Shown piece after piece: positions 16,244-20,000 of a stretch of 20,000 bases of DNA. The translations under genes were made by a program, and so were the position numbers. Below the pieces are notes generated by a model. That model ran no database searches, was not told the origin of the DNA, and saw nothing but the letters and a program-made list of their open reading frames with translations. Origin of the DNA: an uncultured virus (IMG/VR IMGVR_UViG_3300027996_000020) (Duplodnaviria > Heunggongvirae > Uroviricota > Caudoviricetes); the IMG/VR virus record IMGVR_UViG_3300027996_000020; one strand, given 5' to 3'. How positions within the stretch are numbered: the first letter of the stretch is position 1; each line of letters starts with the position of its first letter.

Positions 16244-16568
16244 TTTTCTTGCTCCCCTTTTCTTTGGATTTAATATAATCTAACCCTAGCTTATATGGCT
16301 TGGGCTTCCCACTGGCGGATCCGATCTCCACTAAAATATAAGGAAATGTTCGGGCCCACTTTTTCCAATCTGTATCGCTGGAAAATATCTTTTTAAAGAT
16401 TAATGTTCTGGCTTTTTTTGTAGGGTCGTATCCTTCTCCGAAATTATTCCAATCTTTCAACTCCTTTAAAAGATTGCTTTCGTTTCTCTTCCCCTTTATT
16501 CCATCGATTTGAATAGTATAGATTACTCCGTCGATGTCTTTAACATATTTCCACGCTGTAGCGTTCAT
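16203..16568 (-). CDS. Hypothetical protein
   Basis: AGGAG RBS, promoter upstream. Confidence 0.75.
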   Translation of the reverse strand: MNATAWKYVKDIDGVIYTIQIDGIKGKRNESNLLKELKDWNNFGEGYDPTKKARTLIFKKIFSSDTDWKKWARTFPYILVEIGSASGKPKPYKLGLDYIKSKEKGSKKNVRKKQRGRKSTK

Positions 16569-16593
16569 TTACGAATTCTCCTCTTCTATTATA

Positions 16594-16622
16594 AGTATAT
16601 CTGAATCAAGAAGATTTGTCAA
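16594..16622 (-). promoter_or_regulatory. Sigma70 promoter
   Basis: TTGACA(16622-16617), 17 bp, TATACT(16599-16594). Confidence 0.65.
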
Positions 16623-16990
16623 GTCTTTTTTATTATTTTCTCCAAGTAGCTCATAGCAGAGTTCCAATCGTGGTATTCCACCGTTGTTAGAAACGAAACT
16701 GGATATCGCAATAAGAGTTTTTTAATGGAGTCGTGCTTCCACCTTTTAATATGAACCTCTTCTATATTTTTTGCTATCTTTATTTGATTCTCTGTTAATT
16801 TTAAATCTTTCATTATCTTTATTTTTGTTTCTTTTAGAAAGACTAAGTCATCATGAGCGGAGACTAAAAGTTGCAAACAATAGAACTCCGACACTTTAAT
16901 CAGCATAGTAGAAACAGAGGCCCCATAGAGGCGACTAAAAAACCTATATAATAGAATTCCCAGTAGCGTTCCTACAATAAAATTTAACAT
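16619..16990 (-). CDS. Membrane-anchored hypothetical protein
   Basis: N-terminal hydrophobic helix; GGAG RBS. Confidence 0.7.
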   Translation of the reverse strand: MLNFIVGTLLGILLYRFFSRLYGASVSTMLIKVSEFYCLQLLVSAHDDLVFLKETKIKIMKDLKLTENQIKIAKNIEEVHIKRWKHDSIKKLLLRYPVSFLTTVEYHDWNSAMSYLEKIIKKT

Positions 16991-17009
16991 TTACTACTCC
17001 AAACGCACA

Positions 17010-17047
17010 AATACCTCGGTCTATGTACTTCACAGTGCCGAGGTATT
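17010..17047 (-). terminator. Intergenic hairpin, possible intrinsic terminator or processing site
   Basis: AATACCTCGG(17010-17019)/CCGAGGTATT(17038-17047) perfect 10-bp inverted repeat with further internal pairing; weak U-tract. Confidence 0.6.
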
Positions 17048-17062
17048 GCTTTATAGATTACG

Positions 17063-17992
17063 TTATCGTCGGCGTTTTTGTCGTTGTGCTCTTGCAATTT
17101 TTACAAGGCGCTTCTTAACTCTCTTTGTAACTTCTCGAAGAAGTTTGTCATCATCAAGTACTTGAACTGATTCATTCTGAGAGGTGACTCCCTTAACGGG
17201 GCGACCGGCGCGGGCTGGACGTTTGGCCCCTCGCAAGCCTGGGCCGCGTGGTTCATTGGGGTCGTAGGGTTCGTCAGGAAGGCCGGCTGCATATTCATCA
17301 TCTTGAGCGTCAGCGGCTTTTTTCTGTCTCCTAGCTTTGGCGCCAGGCATACGATCTTTCAACGCGTCAATCATAGCGCCTTCTTCAAGATCTTCTTCTT
17401 CCTCATTAATATATGCTTCATCTCCCCTCTTTGACCCGCGTTTCCTTCCAGATGTTTTCTTCTCGTCGCCAGCCTCGGCGCCATCTTCTTCTGCTAGGAT
17501 AGCATTGATCATTTCTTCAAGGGTTTCTTCCTCGGGCTCTTCGGTGTCTAATTCAATATCGCCCTCGATATCCATTTCATCGTCGGGGCCCATTTCCAAG
17601 TCCATCTCCATATCCATTTCATCTTCAACTGCCTCATCGCCCTCGACATCGACATCGACGCCAGCTAGAGATGCAAGTTGTTGAATATCATTAACGATGC
17701 TCAAAACAAGATCTTCGGCGCCTACTGACTCTTCAGCTTCAAGGCCGCCTATTTCATCTTCGATGGCTCCCTCTTCATCTTCAAGGCCCATGATATCATC
17801 TTCAAGGCCCATGATATCATCTTCGAGCCCCGCCATTTCGGGCTCTTCTTCCACGCCCACATCTTCAACGTCTTCATCTTCACGCATATAGTCTGCACCA
17901 TATGTTTCCTTGATAAAATTAGAAGTAATGTTTCCATTAAGATTAGCCAGTCTCATAAAGCGACGAACTTCATTCAATTGCTTCTTACTCAT
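17063..17992 (-). CDS. Highly acidic low-complexity protein, scaffold/internal-head-like
   Basis: D/E-rich core with basic termini; many LEE/xNE motifs; GAGGAG RBS; late-like motif upstream. Confidence 0.7.
   Translation of the reverse strand: MSKKQLNEVRRFMRLANLNGNITSNFIKETYGADYMREDEDVEDVGVEEEPEMAGLEDDIMGLEDDIMGLEDEEGAIEDEIGGLEAEESVGAEDLVLSIVNDIQQLASLAGVDVDVEGDEAVEDEMDMEMDLEMGPDDEMDIEGDIELDTEEPEEETLEEMINAILAEEDGAEAGDEKKTSGRKRGSKRGDEAYINEEEEDLEEGAMIDALKDRMPGAKARRQKKAADAQDDEYAAGLPDEPYDPNEPRGPGLRGAKRPARAGRPVKGVTSQNESVQVLDDDKLLREVTKRVKKRLVKIARAQRQKRRR
17775..17824. repeat. 21-bp in-frame tandem repeat (about 2.4 copies)
   Basis: TCATCTTCAAGGCCCATGATA x2 + TCATCTTC, encoding GLEDDIM repeats. Confidence 0.9.
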
Positions 17993-18038
17993 AGTATGTT
18001 CTCCTCAAAAATCCACAAAAGTAGCAGTTTTACATTTA

Positions 18039-18047
18039 TAAATAGTT
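18039..18047 (-). promoter_or_regulatory. Candidate late promoter motif AACTATTTA
   Basis: Intergenic, upstream of the acidic protein gene. Confidence 0.45.
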
Positions 18048-18073
18048 CCTCGAATTCTAAAAAACCACGAAAT

Positions 18074-18406
18074 TTATAAATCAGGATGCTCTTTTTCAAG
18101 TATATCAAAAATGCTCTCTATTTCACTATCTTCCAGGCCAAACTTTCTTTTATTTTGCTCGCCTTCTTGCTCCAAACCTTTGACAATCTTTGCTTTAGCT
18201 TTGCTTTGTATCCCTGTACTTTCCTTAAACCTTTCAATAAATTCAACAATGGAGTGGTCCCTCTCTAAGTATCCTGTTAGAAGTATTCTAAAGAACTTTG
18301 TCTTAGTTAGTCCGTCGTGCTTTAAATGTATCATTAAATCTGCACTTCTTTTATCTGTATCCATAAAAGATATTCTTTTGTCTCTCTTTCCATAATCCTT
18401 CATCAC
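18074..18406 (-). CDS. Hypothetical protein, possible ribbon-helix-helix DNA-binding protein
   Basis: KRISF strand, then helix-G-L-T-helix (DGLTKTKFFRILL); fold tentative. Confidence 0.55.
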   Translation of the reverse strand: MMKDYGKRDKRISFMDTDKRSADLMIHLKHDGLTKTKFFRILLTGYLERDHSIVEFIERFKESTGIQSKAKAKIVKGLEQEGEQNKRKFGLEDSEIESIFDILEKEHPDL

Positions 18407-19443
18407 TTTCTTCCCAAAATGTGTGTGCCACTCTCTGCACGACCAGCGCCAGTTTGTAAAATAAACTCAGATTTTGCTTGAAGTTCATAAATATCTTTGG
18501 CTCCAGAATAAGAAAGCCCGCTCTTAATTCCCCCAACTAAATCACTCAAGATTTCGACGACACTTCCTCGATAGGGGACTGTTGTTGAAATCCCCTCGTT
18601 CGAACTGTGTCTCCCCCTCCAATCATACTGGGCTTCTTTGCTAGCCATTCCTCGATAAGCCTTGTACTTCTTTCCAGAGGCACCTGTCATAATATTCCCT
18701 GGCGTCTGTGAAGTTCCAGCTAACAAAGAGCCAAGCATAACGAAGTTTGCTCCAGCCGCGAGAGCCTTCACAATATCTCCGCTGGTCCTTATGCCGCCGT
18801 CAGCAATCATTGACACTTCCCACCTAACATCTGCGTCAGCGCAATCTATAATAGATTGGAGAGTGGGTATTCCATGACCAGTCTGGATCCGGGTAGAACA
18901 GATGGATCCCCCTCCGATTCCTACTCGTATAGAATTCGCCCCCCAGCAGGCGAGATCCTCAAATGCTTCTTTTGTGGCAACATTGCCAGCCATAAGGTGA
19001 ATATCCGTGAAGCGAGACTTGATGGCCTCAAGCGCCTCCTTCATTAAAACATGATGGCCGTGGGCTACATCTAAACAAAAGACGCGGACTCCGTGACTAT
19101 AAAGTTCCGATGCTCTTTCTAAATAGTCATCGCTGACGCCCACTGCTGCGGCGATGGGAGTACTTCCGTGTTTTTCTAAAGCCTCTTTAATCTTTCTTAC
19201 AATATCAACCTGATCCTCAATTGAATTATATCGATGAATAATGCCCAAACCACCAACACTTGCCATCGACACGCACATTTCTGCGCCGCTCACTGTATCC
19301 ATTGGGGAAGAGATAATGGGCAAATCAAAAGATAAATCTTGGTCCAGAGATGAACGAATACATATCTCTCTCCTAGATCTAATCTCGGAATGTTGAGGGG
19401 CGAGAAGAACATCGTCATAAGATAAGCACTGTCGCATCTTCAT
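18403..19443 (-). CDS. guaB: IMP dehydrogenase/GMP reductase family enzyme, CBS-less
   Basis: SSPMDTV, GGLGIIH, DVAHGH, AGNVAT, GIGGGSICSTR (catalytic Cys), IADGGI, YRGMAS; IMPDH versus GMPR not resolved. Confidence 0.85.
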   Translation of the reverse strand: MKMRQCLSYDDVLLAPQHSEIRSRREICIRSSLDQDLSFDLPIISSPMDTVSGAEMCVSMASVGGLGIIHRYNSIEDQVDIVRKIKEALEKHGSTPIAAAVGVSDDYLERASELYSHGVRVFCLDVAHGHHVLMKEALEAIKSRFTDIHLMAGNVATKEAFEDLACWGANSIRVGIGGGSICSTRIQTGHGIPTLQSIIDCADADVRWEVSMIADGGIRTSGDIVKALAAGANFVMLGSLLAGTSQTPGNIMTGASGKKYKAYRGMASKEAQYDWRGRHSSNEGISTTVPYRGSVVEILSDLVGGIKSGLSYSGAKDIYELQAKSEFILQTGAGRAESGTHILGRK

Positions 19444-19934
19444 TCCTTTTCCATCGTATATATCATTGGATAATGACCAAAAGCATACTTCCTTCCTGAA
19501 CTAAATACCACAACAGCCGATGGAAAAGGAGCAGAGTTATTGGAGTTGCCCTCGAATTTCAGACGACCCTTGACAAAGTGAATTTCCTTTGCATACTCCA
19601 TACAATACTCATGCCAGTATTTCGTATCAGTTCGAGCAGGAATCAAACACACAACCGTAGTATTTCTTTTTAGGCTTTCTTCACAAGCTTTACGGATCCA
19701 CTCCTTAATTACTCTCCCATAAGGAGGGTTCATAAATACTTTATGGCCTCCCCAGTTCTGGCTGAGGCCGTCGTCTTCCACTGAAAAATACTTAGCACAC
19801 TTATGGTTGCTCTCGTTTCCACAGGGATCGAGAGTGAAGTTATATTTCTCATTAAGTTTATCGAAGAATGCTTGTGGTGTTCCCCACTCGGGAGTTTTAG
19901 AAGAAAACATTGTTTTTAACTCGCCCTCCTTCAC
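19440..19934 (-). CDS. Phage-type DNA N6-adenine methyltransferase
   Basis: WGTP, LDPC, DGL..W, FMNPPYG, LIPARTDT, GRLKF, APFPS. Confidence 0.9.
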   Translation of the reverse strand: MKEGELKTMFSSKTPEWGTPQAFFDKLNEKYNFTLDPCGNESNHKCAKYFSVEDDGLSQNWGGHKVFMNPPYGRVIKEWIRKACEESLKRNTTVVCLIPARTDTKYWHEYCMEYAKEIHFVKGRLKFEGNSNNSAPFPSAVVVFSSGRKYAFGHYPMIYTMEKE

Positions 19935-20000
19935 AGTTCGTCTCCCATTTCCCAGTCTCTCGATCCCGGATGGGCTTCGAAAGGATCTATAGATGATGCG
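19931..20000 (-). CDS. C-terminal fragment of upstream gene
   Basis: Open frame ...ASSIDPFEAHPGSRDWEMGDEL* whose TGA overlaps the MTase GTG start. Confidence 0.5.
   Translation of the reverse strand, partial: ASSIDPFEAHPGSRDWEMGDEL

Noticed and set aside
1198..18044. TATAAATA at 1198-1205 and 18037-18044 as T4 late promoters firing on the plus strand
   Set aside because: No credible plus-strand genes follow; the sites fit better as members of the minus-strand ACTAdTTA motif, although antisense transcription cannot be excluded
3513..18536. Alternative-frame minus ORFs (3513..3713, 5765..5971, 12406..12636, 17101..17301, 17749..17937, 18351..18536)
   Set aside because: They overlap better-supported genes or promoters and show no recognisable motifs
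1256..19992. Plus-strand ORFs in the track (e.g. 1873..2181, 13949..14236, 14656..14997, 17337..17684)
   Set aside because: They lie antisense to well-supported minus-strand genes and have shadow-like Ser/Ile/Phe-rich composition
1..20000. Stop-codon recoding, tRNAs, introns, transposases
   Set aside because: Conserved genes are intact in the standard code, TAA/TAG/TGA all end genes at sensible positions, and no such elements were recognised by eye

Overview
This window looks like a 20-kb segment of a large (T4-like/jumbo) dsDNA bacteriophage genome. All credible genes are on the minus strand, tightly packed, and read in the standard code. The left ~4.7 kb is an early/accessory region of short hypothetical ORFs, many starting with a shared F-K-x-G-[QD]-x-[IV] motif. 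It is punctuated by five copies of a composite sigma70-type promoter cassette (two extra TTGACA boxes at 11-bp spacing upstream of -35/17 bp/TATAAT, plus a TGTA-N9-TACA dyad over -10/+1). The rest encodes a pol-beta-type nucleotidyltransferase, a eukaryote-type (HAD) phosphomannomutase, a small lipoprotein/trypsin protease/vWA lipoprotein cluster, a NUDIX hydrolase, an HExxH protein, a GroEL with no adjacent GroES, a PD-(D/E)xK-like protein, a ClpP-like protease with an apparent Asp->Asn triad change, an acidic scaffold-like protein, a CBS-less IMPDH/GMPR-family enzyme and a phage N6-adenine methyltransferase. A second intergenic motif (ACTAdTTA on the coding strand) is a candidate late promoter and tends to precede proteins with Glu-rich, propeptide-like N-termini. 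All functional calls come from motif recognition by eye; no database searches were run.
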